From positions 124,001 to 188,000 of the forward strand of contig JAPMXV010000039.1 in the NCBI GenBank assembly GCA_026936335.1: a DNA stretch of 64,000 bases, given 5' to 3'. Below the pieces are notes generated by a model that was given only the letters and a program-made list of their open reading frames with translations, did not search any database and had not been told where the DNA came from. Made by a program: the position numbers and the translations under genes. How positions within the stretch are numbered: position 1 is the first letter of the stretch; every line of letters starts with the position of its first letter. The stretch comes from Mantamonas sphyraenae STR306 (lineage: Eukaryota > Protista > CRuMs). This document shows positions 33,901-45,760 of this stretch, in pieces.

Positions 33901-36900
33901 GTCCTCCACCAGATAGTCCTGCAACAACGACTTTTGCACCAGCTGGTCCTGCTCTTGCGCCTGTACCTCTGCCTGTGCCAGCGTCCCGCGGGCCTTGCAC
34001 ACCTCGTCCACCATCTTCCGCATGGCCTTCAGACTCACTGCCTCGCGCAACTCGCGTGACAAGGATTGTGCCTCCTCCTCTCGTGTTGCCTCTTGCAGCA
34101 TCAACCTCGACACGTTGCCCATCCCACTGCTGCCTCGCACCCCATCCTGCTTCTTCTTCTTGCTTCCCGTCGCATTGCTGGCCCCCGTTGCCCCCGCAGT
34201 TGATGATGATGACGACGACGATGAAGATGCTGCCGCTGCCCCTGGCACTCCCCCTCCTCCTCCGCCTCCTCCTGCCCCTCCTGCACCCGTCCCCAGGCCG
34301 ATGGCTTGCATGTACGGCGTCAGATCAAACCCGTTGGGATCCATGTACGCATGCAGCAGTTGCATGGCCATTTTGCTGTCTGTGTCATCCAGTGTTTCTT
34401 CCAGCTTGTTGCGCAGCCGGGCCGCCTCTCTGCTCGTGTTCTCCTCCGCCACCTTCAGCTGCCTTGCCAACCGCGAAATGTCACTCAGCGTCCCCTGCAC
34501 ATTCTCTCGCAACGACTCTAGTCCTGTGCCGTCCAGCGGGATCAGTGTTTCCAGGTCGTCCCGTGTCACAAACGGCACTCCAGACGCAACGTGTGTCCCG
34601 TCCTCCTGTCCCGTCGACGCTGTCCCAGATCTCGGTGACTCTACACTCACGCCACTCACGCTACCACCACCCGTTCCACGCCTCGTCGTCTCCCTGCCAT
34701 GTCCCTGGTGGTGGTTGCCCTGTTGTGTGTGCTGTGCGTGTGCCTTTCCCGCTGCCTGTCGCTTGCCCGCTCCACCTCCTCCTCCTCCTCCTCCTGTGCT
34801 CACACCCGTTCGCTTGGGTTTAAATCCTGCGTGCTTCTTCCTCCTCTCTTCCGCCTCCACTTCCACGCTTTCCCTCGTGTGGCCGTCGTAAACCACCGGT
34901 TGGCCACCGGAGCGTGCCGACATCGGTTGTGCATGCGCTGGCTGCTGATGCGGCTGGTGCTGGTTCATCAGCATTGCGTTGGCCATCATTTGACGTTGCG
35001 CATCCAACAGTGCGTTCTGCTTCTCCATGTTGGCCAGCTGCAACTCCAGCTGCCGTTGCTGCGCACGCTGCTGCTGCTCAAACTGCGACTCCTGCAGGAC
35101 CATCGACCGTTCCTGCATCTTGCGACTCCTCTCCGCCTCCGCTTGCATCCACGCGCTCATTTCCTCTCCTCGACGTTCCTCCGCCTCACGACGCGCATCT
35201 TCCATCGCCTGCCGAGCCCGTTCCATCCCACTCTGCCGTTCCGTGTCCACTGACCCGGCATCACTCATCGTTTCGTTGTGATCCAGCGTCAACGGCACCA
35301 ATACCGGCCGCTCTCCCGCACTCGGTGCCTCACGTGGCGTCCGTGGTGTCCGTGGCGTCCGCGGCGTGCTTCCTCCTCCCTGTCGAGGTTGTTGTTGTTG
35401 TTCCTGTGTTCCCGCTCGCCGGCCCTCTGTTGCGTGCGATGACGACATACTCAACAGATCCAACGGCGACACATTGTCCTCCTGTTCCCCAGCATGCATC
35501 TCCGTTCCTTCTGCATCTTGCTCATCCTCCTGCTTCCCCTTGCCCTTGGCAGTTGCTCCCCGCTCAGTCTCGTCCTCGTCTGCCGGGAGGCGCCGTGGTC
35601 CCCTCGTCTTGCTGTGCTGCTGCTTGCCGCCGCGTTTGGTGCTGCCGTGGCTCTGGCCCTTCCTTGTCTTCTTCTTGCCCAGCTTCTTCGCCTTGGCCAG
35701 CACAGGAGCTTTCGCTTGAGCCGTCGCTGCACGTGGATCCACCTCCACCTTTTGTCCTCCCACCATCGTTTTGCGTCCCTTGCGCACCGGTTTCGTCTGG
35801 TCATTGTCTTTCTCATCTCCTGCATCCTCATCCTCCTCCGTGGTGGTCCCACCTTCCGCCTCAGCCTCCTCCTCATCCGAACTCGAACTCACCCCTGCCG
35901 AGCTCTCGGGTTCTTCATCCTCCTCCGTCGTCGTGCCTGCCTCCTCTGCATCCTCATCCTCAATGTCCTCGTTCCCTTTGCCCGCTGCGTGGTTGCGTCG
36001 GTGTGCACGTGCCACCATCGCCGCCCTGCTCCCAGCCGCCTTCCTCTTTCCTGTTCCTTTGGCCTTGCCCAGCCTCTTCCCTCCCCCTCCCATCCCTCCA
36101 TTGTCTTCACTTTCGTCACCGCTGCTCGTCACTCCATGTCCCATCTGCCTGGCCTTGCGCTTGCCTGCTGCACCCACGCGTTTGATCATCCGCACTCGTC
36201 CGCTGTTCTCCTTGTTGTCTTTCTCCACGACCGACTCGTCCTCAGCGCCCGACTTGCTCGTCTTTGTTCCCTTTCCTCCTTTGCCTCGCTTCTTGCCCAC
36301 CCGTTTGTGTGCAGCGTCACTGCCTTCCTTTTCCTGCCTGCCAGCACGTAGCACATCCCCCACACGCACAGGCTTCCCGTCTTCGCTTGCCTTGGCACTG
36401 GTCTTTCCCGTCTTTCCCGTCTTCTTCCTCGCACCCATTCCAGACACAAACCGGCTCTTCAAGCGCCGTTCCGTGCTGTTCAGCTGTTCCTGCTGCACCT
36501 GCACCTCCCGATCCGTGCTCCTGCTCGTGCTCGCACGCGTTCCTTCCGTCGACGGCGTCCCAGCCGCCCCCATGTGCACCTTTGGGATGCTAATCACATC
36601 TCCCATCGATTCCAACGTGTGATCCAACACCGTAAAGTTGTCCATGGCCCGCTTCAGCGCCTCCGCTCGCTGCGGATCCCAATCCTGAAAATCCGTTTCT
36701 TTCACCGCGCTCGCCACCCGCTGCATCACCTCCGCATCCCCTTCTGCCACCGCACGCACAAACTCCTCGTATTTCACACGTTCCTCCTCCATTGCCTCCT
36801 TCTTGCTCCTCTTCTTCGCCTTCCGCTTCGGCTTAACGATTTTTGGCGCGCGTTGTTGAGCCGGCCTGGCCTGGGCACCATACTGCCGGCTGTGCAGGGC

Positions 36901-37161
36901 CTGATTGTCCCGATCCCTCTCTTCCATCAACTGCTGCCGCTTCATCGACTGCTCAATGGCACTGCGGTCCACATTGGACGGCAAGCTGGGCTTGTTCGTG
37001 GGCCGTTTGAACAGCGCCGGCATCCCGTCTTGCCGCGTCTCGCTGGCCTCCTCCAACCCCTGGCCCTCCTCCACAGGCTTGTGCTTCACCACCATCACGC
37101 ATCCAGTGGACACACGCTCCCACGAGCTTCCAGCCGACAACTTGGAGGAACTCGAGTGCAT
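30941..37161 (-). CDS. Very large low-complexity coiled-coil protein (about 2070 aa if a 1-nt frameshift at ~32881-32884 is corrected), possibly TALPID3/KIAA0586-like
   Basis: ORFs 32791..37161 and 30941..32770 join if one G is added to the GAG-GAG-GGGG run; the shifted frame reads natural 'GAAGLHGNSKEAGTDDDNEE'. Basic N-terminal third, coiled coils, Glu-rich region, C-terminal S/E-E/D-G-E motifs. The family call is tentative. Confidence 0.65.
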
Positions 37162-37230
37162 TGTGTGTGTGAGTTTTGGTCAGCAGGCGCACCGGTGCGC
37201 ACACACAGTCACCCACACTCACGTTCGCTC
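37162..37230. promoter_or_regulatory. Putative 69-bp bidirectional promoter with a perfect 14-bp palindrome GCGCACCGGTGCGC (37187..37200)
   Basis: Divergent ATGs at 37161(-) and 37231(+); TG-rich left arm, CA-rich right arm, palindrome in the middle. Confidence 0.6.
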
Positions 37231-40200
37231 ATGTCCTGGTTTCTCAAAGGTGCAGAACAGTTTCTGAACGACGTCGACCGTGTGGCTGCCAAAACCAGTG
37301 GCACGCCAAAGAAGGAGGAGCAGGGTGGAGGGAATGAGCGCAATTCCACAGGTGAGCGACGACGCAGCAGGCAGGCGTAAAACGCACACACGCGGGACAA
37401 CAACGCTGCCCGCCGTCATGTTGCATCCAATGCATGCGTGTGTATGGATGGGGAGTCGATGGGAGGACACAGGGGCGTGGATGGGAATGCGTGTGCACAC
37501 GAGGGGCTGACACGTGGACTGGGGAATTGGGCCGGCGACGCAGACGGACTTGCTTCGTTCCACACGCCCTCCACGGTCAAAAGTGGAACTCAGATAGCGC
37601 CGCAGAGCAACGATTTGGCCAACGAGGAGAGCCTCATGGCCTTTCTGAACACCAACGACGGGCGCAGCAGCCGTGGTGGCGAGGCAAAGGGAAGCGGCGG
37701 TTCGACGACGACCACCACCACCACCTCCACCGCCGCGACGCGAAACACAGGCGGTGCATCGCTGGTGGGCACTCCATCGGCTCTGGGGGGAAGCAACAAA
37801 CGCAAGGGAAGCGGTGGCATGAGCCGGTCGAGCTCGCGTGGGTCATTGAGTGCAGGGGTGACACGTAGTCCGTCGCTGAGTGCGTTTGGTGGGGCGTCGC
37901 CAAAGAGCAACGCAGGCAATCGCAAACTGGTGAGCCCGGGGCCCAGTGAGGGCGACTCGGATTCCAGCACAGGCAGCAGTGCGTCTGCAAAGTCGCTGTC
38001 CACCAGCAAACGCAATGGCAACGGCAGCAAAACGCCTGCAAGCGGCCTCTCAGCCGCAACCACGCCGCGTTCGAGCCGTGGCAAACTCAGCGCCCTCGGA
38101 GGGCCACGAAACACGCCTGGAACGGCCCCTCGCACATCCAAACGCACCACAACACGGACAGCAGACACGAAAGAAACCCAGCAGGCAAATGTGAACCAGC
38201 AGGGTGAGGCAGCACAAGGCACCAAGCAGCACGGAGGGCCGAAGACGTCCACCGCAAAGCCAGCCCCCGCTGACGCCAGCCCTTCAGACAGCCAGAATGC
38301 AGACACAGACACAACCTCTGTGGAACCCATGGAGCTGGATACACACAAGGAGGATGTACAAATGCATGAAGATGATGGCAACGTCGGGGCTGAGGAGGAT
38401 GCGCAGGAAATCGATGCCAACGACGGCGACGACGGCGAGGATGCCACCACCCAGGATGAAGAGGAGCAGGAGGACACTGAAGAAGACAACGAGGCAAATG
38501 GTCACGAGAACGACGGGGACGACAGTGTGAGCAACACGGGAGGGTCGGAGGAGGAGGAAAGGGAGGAATCGGAAGCAGGGGTCAACGACACACAGCAACA
38601 GGACGAGGAGGAGGAGGATGAAGAGGAGCAGGAGGACACTCCTTCCATCAATGACAACGATGAATGGGCGGATCAACAGCGGCAGCAGGAAGAGCTGCGT
38701 TCGATGAAGCGACAACTGCTGGCAAGCAAATCGGAGCTGACGTCTGCACAGGAGCAGGTGCGGTATTACCAGCAGGAGCTGGCGGCGACCAAGGAGGAGT
38801 ACGAAGAGTACAAGGGAAAGAGCTGGGCGGTGATGGAGAAGCAGATGAAGGATGCACAGACGATGGAACAGCGCATACGACAGCTGGAGTCGGATGCGGA
38901 GGACACGCAGGCTGTGTTGGATGCCAAGGAGAGCAAAAAGGCAGCGTTGGAACTGCAATTGCACGAACGGGAACAAAGCATTGCGTCGCTGCAGAAGCAA
39001 GTGAAGATGCTGGAGCAGAAGCTGGAGTTGACGTCAACGAGTGCGGTGGCCAACCAGGACGAGGTGGGTGCTCTGCGCAAGCAGGTGATGGACATGCAGG
39101 AGGCTGTGGAGACGGAAAAGAAGGCGACCATGGAAGCCCACAAGCAACTGCGTGAGCGGGAGGACCAGTGGAGCGCAGAGAAGCAGGAGCAGGAGACGCA
39201 GATGGCCAACCTGCAGCGCAGTGTGGATAGCAGTCGTGCAGAGACGAGGAAATTGCAGGGAAAACTGAAAGAGGCCAAAAACAAGCTCAGCGATTCAAAG
39301 AAGGAACTGAGCGACTACAAACGCAGGGCGGCGTCGGTGCTGGAGGCAAAGGAGGCGGAAATCGACAAACTGAAAAAGGGTGCGGCAGAGGGCGGCAGCG
39401 GCGAGGGCGGTGAGGCGAGCGGCCACTCTCCCGTGGTCGGAAGCGCTGCGTACGATGTGAAGGAGCTTCAACGTGAGCGCAGCGAGTTGCGGCAGCGGCT
39501 GGAAGAGCAAAGCGAGGCTTTGCTGGAACTGCAGGAGGAGCTGGCAGACGCACAGAGCAACCTGTTGAACCAGAGCGAGGAGTTGAACGAGCAACTGAAG
39601 CAGCTGCAGGCGGAAAAGGAGCAACTGCAACGGGAAGTGAACAGACTGAAGCGAGAAGTGAGTCTTCGCGACGACGAGCTGGAAACACTGCACGCCGAGC
39701 TGCGCAAGGTGGAACTCAAGACGTCGCAGGAAGTGACACGACTGCAGAGCCAGCTCAAGGAGAGCCAACGCAAGGTGGAACTCAGCGAGAGCAACGAACT
39801 GGAAGACCGCATCAAAAAGCTCACCGAACGGCTGGTGAGCAAACAGCAGCAGGTGGACGGAATTAACGGCGAAAAGATGGCGCTGGGGCTGCAACTGCAG
39901 GCAGAGAGTGCCCGAAGGGAGGCACTGGAGCGAGAGGTGGATCAGCTGCGCAAGGAGCTGGACGACGACGCGGATGACGAGGACGACGAAGGCCTACGTG
40001 ACGACGACCTGGAAAGCGGCACCATGGCAGGAGGCAAGAGAGGAAGCCATGCAGGCGGAGCACACGCAGGTGTGGCTGGCTCCATGGGCATGGACGGAGC
40101 ATCCGACATACACGGGGCAGGAGGGGCGCAGCAGCAACAGAGTGGCATGCGTACACGCAAGCGCACACGAAACAGTAGGTATACGTCGATCGAGTCGTAC

Positions 40201-40491
40201 ATGCCATTGAACAGGATTCCGGAGGATGCTGTCGTGCAGAGGCGGGTTGCGGAGACGGCTCACTTTCTGGACAGCCTTAGTCTGAGCACGGGCCAAGTGC
40301 TGCGACGCTATCCCATTCTGCGCATCGGCTTCCTGCTCTACTTTGTCTTTCTGCACCTCTTTGTATTCTTTGTGCTGCACTCCACGGGCGAGGCCATCGA
40401 CAGCAACCCGGCCATCGCGGGGCCGCCCGGCAGCGATCTGGTCCAGAGCTCCAACTCCACCCAGGGCATCCTCGCACGCGGAGGATTGTGA
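37231..40491 (+). CDS. GOLGA5: Golgin-84 (GOLGA5) family tail-anchored Golgi coiled-coil protein; join(37231..37351,37544..40491), about 1022 aa
   Basis: Hidden first exon 'MSWFLKGAEQFLNDVDRVAA' matches the golgin-84 N-terminal motif. Intron G|GTGAGC...GCTGAC...GCAG. Long coiled coil, 'LEDRIKKLTERLVSKQ', C-terminal TM 'LRRYPILRIGFLLYFVFLHLFVFFVL'. Confidence 0.88.
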
Positions 40492-40615
40492 GCAGACAGC
40501 AAGACACACACACACACACGAAAGAAAGGAAGCAATTGTTCATTCCGCGGGGGAAAACGGGCAAGCGGAGGAGGCGTTGTTGACCATCACGCAGTCATCG
40601 ATCAATCTGATGTTG

Positions 40616-42331
40616 TCAATCACTGTCGCTGTCGCTGTCCTCGTCACTCTCTTCCTCCTGGGTAAACACGAGCTGGCACTGCGGGGCCGCACTTGCAAAG
40701 TACTTCTTGATCTTCTTCACCTGGCGCTTGCTAAAGTTGTTTGTGCCGATGTCCAGGTAGCGAAGGTTGGGACACTCGTCGGCCAGGGCCATGATGGAGT
40801 CCTGGTCGCCCAGGTAGTTGCTGTGCAGATCGACCACCTCAAGCATGCGGCACTGTTCCAGATACTTGGCCGACTCGATGTCATTGTTGTGCGCATCGAT
40901 TTCCACCAGGTAGGGGGCGTCCTGGATGCCCTTGAGACGCACAAGGTTGTTGGTGTGCAGGCTGATCTTGCGCAGGTTGGTGAACTTCTTCAGGCCGTCC
41001 ACCTTTGTGATTTCGTTCTCTGAAAAGTTGGCCGACGTAATCGTCTCTGGGTTGCTGCACGACACGTTGGTGGACGTCAGATCGCCGTAGTGCTTGTCCA
41101 GCTCCTTCTCGGGTCCGTCGTACGAGTATGTGCCCACGTTGCTGTTGCCGCCGCTGCTGTTGCTGTTGCTGTTGCTGCTCGTCGTTGTCGTCGTGTTGTA
41201 CATCATGTTGCTGCTCATCATCTGCTGCTGCGGCTGCTGTTGCACTTGGCCGTAGTATCCGGTGGTTTGCTGCTGCACCACAGGTTGTCCCATGGGCAAC
41301 GGCTGTCCGTACACCTGTTGTTGTGGTTGCACCTGACCGTACATCACGTTCGTCTGCCCGTACATCTGCGTCTGCTGCACGCCACCATAGCTGTTGCTGT
41401 TGCTCTGGCCCTGGTACATCTGTCCCTGCTGACGCTGCTGGTACTCCTCGTACAGCTGTTTGCCCCGCTTCTCACCCTCCGGATACCACGTGATCACCAG
41501 ATGCAGCTCGCCACCGTTGTCCAGTCGCACCCACTTATCCGTCGGCTGTAACGGAGCCCATCCGCTGTCGTTGTCAGTTTCCACACGGTGTGCAATGCTG
41601 CTGCCGGGTTCCAACATCGCACGAAAAACCAACTGCTCCAAATCCCCCCCCACAGCCACTTTTCTCACGCGTCGCCCCCCATCAACCAACCTCGTTGTCC
41701 ACAGCCTGGTCCAGATACACAGAGACCTTGCCCAGCTTGTCGTCGCGTGAGAAGGTGTCATGGTCCATCACCTCCACTGCGGCCGAGAAAGTGTGTGAGT
41801 CGATCCAGCTCCACGATCCCTCTCCCCTCTCTCACAAACCCAAACAACCCCGCTGCTCAATGCAGGGACACACACACACGCTTGCATCGACCCCTCCCCA
41901 TCATTCATTCCATCCACTGCAGGCTCAACCTACAAGCCAGCGTGTCCGTCTGTTTGGCCTTCTTGCTGTGCCCAGGTGTCAGTTTGCCTGTGCAAAAGCA
42001 AAACGGGGCGGTGGAAATTTCGCCCTTTGCCTCCAGAATCCACCACGGGCCACGAGTGGCGCACAGAAACAGGGCATCGTGACACCAGGAAGGAGGGAGA
42101 TGCTACACATGGGCGGTGCGAGGGTGCGAGGGTGCGTGTGGGATCACAAAGTGCTGGACACACTCACAAAACAAAGGTCGAGTTCCACTTGGGGTTGAGC
42201 GTCTTCTTCACCGTCGCCGTCTTCTTCTCGTGGTCGCCAAACTTGACCTTGACGTAAGGGTCGCTTTTGCCGTTGCTATCGCCAGCGGGCAGATCGCGCG
42301 CTTCAACGATTTTCACCACGAGCTCAGCCAT
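40616..42331 (-). CDS. C2-domain plus LRR protein, paralogue B; complement(join(40616..41545,41691..41776,41934..41965,42168..42331)), about 403 aa
   Basis: Three GT-AG introns reconstruct a canonical C2 domain: 'LVVKIVEARDLPAGDSNGKSDPYVKV...KTATVKKTLNPKWNSTFVFKKAKQTDTLALEVMDHDTFSRDDKLGKVSVYLD...WVRLDNGGELHLVITWYPEG'. Then a Q/G/Y-rich linker and LRRs 'LRKISLHTNNLVRLKG', 'VDLHSNYL', 'LRYLDIGTNN'. Confidence 0.85.
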
Positions 42332-42413
42332 TGGTGTGTGTGTGTGCGTTGCAGTGTGTCGGCGTGCGCGCACCCACCCATCAGGATAAACCACCGACAA
42401 CACACAACACCAG
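42332..42413. promoter_or_regulatory. Putative 82-bp bidirectional promoter (C2-LRR B / MDN1) with palindrome GTGCGCGCAC (42364..42373)
   Basis: Divergent ATGs at 42331(-) and 42414(+); TG-rich left arm, CA-rich right arm. Confidence 0.6.
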
Positions 42414-45400
42414 ATGGAGGACGTGCCAGATATCCTCTCAGACCTGGCCAAGGAACATAGAGGCCTGTCTCAAGTGGCAAACCGCCTGGAGGTGGGTTTG
42501 AGGGACGACGACGGATTTCACCGGCCAACATGCACTGACGCCGAAACGCGGCCCCTGCACACCACAGAGACAGCCCCAGGAGAATTTGGGGGCACTGACG
42601 GATGTGTTGGTGGACATTGAGTATACAGACGCACTTGCCATGCACCTTCGTGCGGTGGTGCTGCCTGTGGTGCGCACGTTGGTGAGCAGCGGAGCCAGCG
42701 GAAAGCAAGCCGCAGCCGTGTCTCGCACACTGGTGCGCTTGGCCAATGTGGCGCCGCAGGCACGTGGCATGGTGCTCAAACACCTGCTGACCAATGCATC
42801 GCCTCTTCAGGTGATCCTGCGGCTGACGGCCGCGGGCAAGGGCGGACCCAAAGCGGAGCAGCGGCTGGTGGACATGTTGCAGTGGGTGCACACCGCCCAA
42901 AGTCTGTTTCACACGCGACTCAGTCGTGCGTGGGACTGGTCGTTGCTGTTTCCGCTGCTGTCCCATCCGCAGGAGACGGTGCGAGCGCACGCAGTGCTGC
43001 TGCTTGCCCGTCAGCAATCGCTGCCCGAACGCACGGTCCGCAGCCTGTTGGAACGGTACGTACCTTTGCAGGGTGCCGTGCAACACAATGTGACGCTGCT
43101 GATGACACACGTGATGCAGGTGTATGACCAGCAGACGCAGCTGGTGCACACACCCAGGCTTCCGCTGCGTGCACAGCAAAAGGCCCTGCTGCCACCCGAC
43201 GAATCCGAGTTTGTCCAAGTGGCCAACATTGTGCTGCCAGTCAAGGGCAAGCACAATCGCACCGGCACACACACGCACACAAGCAGCAACAGTAGCAGTG
43301 GCAGCAGCAGCAGCAGTGGAAGCAGCAGCGGAAGCGACGTGGTGACATGGGTGGACGACGACGCATTTGTGGAAACCGAAACCACCACTGCCAATCTGCG
43401 CACGGCTGCGCTGGCCATTGCCACGGGCAACCAAATCCTGCTGGAGGGAGTGTCAGGCTCGGGCAAGACGAGTTTGATCGCCCACATGGCGTCGCTGACA
43501 CACAACACAGACATGATCAAGGTGCACCTGGGCGACCAAACGGATTCCAAGACTCTGTTGGGCACATACATTTGCACAGACGTGCCGGGCGAGTTTCGTT
43601 GGCAAGCCGGGCCGCTGACACAGGCGGTGCGCTCGGGTCGCTGGCTGCTGATCGAGGACATCGACATGGCCCCGTTGGAAATCATTTCCGTGCTCATTCC
43701 CCTCTTGGAATCACGCACACTCTTCATCCCGTCGCGAGGCGAGAGCATCCAGGCCGCCCCGGGGTTCCAGATGTTTGCCACAAAAACACTGGGCCGCCGC
43801 GCACGCAGCAACAATTACGCAGAGACGTCTTTGATTCTCGACAAGCTGTGGACGAGGGCTGCCATTACTCCGCTGAGCATGGAGGAGCTGCGTGTGGTGC
43901 TGAGCACGCAATATCCCGCGTTGGAGGCGCTCATCGACACGTTTGTGGATGTGTACGACATGCTGAGTGCCCTACCGGGTCACAAACTGCCCCTGAGCAT
44001 TCGCAATGTGTTCAAATGGGCGCGACGCGTGCATGCGCTGAACGCACATCTGATGTCCTCGTCAAACAGCACCTTTGTGCCAACCGAGTTGAAGGAAACC
44101 GTCTTCATCGAGGCCGTAGACTGCTTCTGCGGCTCTGTGGCAGCCGCCGACGTGCACACGGCCCTGCTGAAGCGCATTGCCCAACGTATGAGCATCCTGC
44201 CCGAGCGTGCGGTGCACCTGATTGGCCAGCGGCGTCCGGATGTGGATCATTCGGAGCAGGTGCTGCGTGTGGGACGCGTGCAGCTGCCAGTCAATGTCAA
44301 CCGGCTGCTCAAGAGTGCCCAACACGCCCAGTTTGGCTACACACGCTTCTCCCTGCGCCTGTTGGAACAGATTGCCGTGTGTGTGCACGAGAACGAGCCT
44401 GTGTTGCTGGTGGGCGAAACAGGCACGGGCAAAACGACGATTGTCCAACATCTGGCGGAGACGCTGGGCCACAAGCTGCTTGTCATCAACATGAACCAGC
44501 AAAGTGACAGCTCCGACCTGCTGGGTGGCTTCAAGCCCGTGGATCTGCGTGTGCTGGGGCGGCCGTTGCACAAACGCTTCGACCGTTTGTTTTCACGCAC
44601 GTTCTCACGCAAGAAGAACGCCGACTTTCTGGCCAAGCTCGACAAGCGTTGGATGCGCAAGGAGTGGAGCAAGCTCATCAAGCTGTACCGGCAGTCGATC
44701 AAGATGGCCCTGGCTCGTCTGGGTGCCACGGCGGTGGCATCATCCAAGGAGGAGGAAGAGCAAACGGAGGGCGATGTGGAAGAGACGTTGCAACAGCAAG
44801 GCACACACGGCAACAAGGGCAAAAAGAGGCGGCATGTGCAGGAGCAAGGAACAACACAGGGAGGTGACAGCAAACGGGCAAAAACTCAGGGTGCCCGCAA
44901 GAAGCACAGCAACGGCAACAAGAATGGGAATGCCCAAGCAGAGGACACGGCGGCTGTGGAGGAGTGGAGACAGTTTGCAGGTGCTGTGGAGGCGTTTGAG
45001 AGGCGGTACAAGCAGGTGAGCAACAACTTTGCATTCCAGTTTGTGGAGGGCACGCTGACCAAGGCTGTGCGCAACGGTCACTGGCTGTTGCTGGATGAGA
45101 TCAACCTGGCGAGCGCAGAGACGCTGGAGTCTCTGAACGGCCTGCTGGAGAGCGAACACGGCAGCGTGCAACTGAGCGAACGAGGCGACGTGGAACCCGT
45201 GCCTCGCCATCCCAACTTTCGCATGTTTGGCTGCATGAACCCGGCCAACGATGTGGGCAAGAAGGATCTCCCGCCCGGTCTGCGCAGTCGCTTCAGCGAG
45301 TTCTTTGTGGGCGAAATGCTGGACCCAACCGATTTGGCCATTGTCGTGCGTGCCTACCTGCGCGACATTGTCAACGACGAAACCGCCGAGCGCATTGTCC

Positions 45401-45729
45401 GCTTCTACCTGCGTGCACGCGAACTGGCGGCCACCAAGCTGGTGGATGGCGTCAACGAGAAGCCACGCTACTCGCTGCGCACACTCACTCGCGCATTGGG
45501 CTACGTGCGCTCCATCATTGCTATGTACGGACACGACCAGGCACTGTACGAGGGATTGTGCATGAGTTTCCTGACCCAACTCAATCAAGAGTCCACCGAC
45601 GTGCTGGAGCAAGAAATCCACAGTTTGGTGGTGCCACACGTCACACGCAAAGCCCTTCGACGCGCTCCTCGTCGACCCGGCGGAAGCGAAACAAAAGCAG
45701 GCGACAGCAGCAAGGATGCCAACAATGCT

Positions 45730-45760
<31 letters not shown>

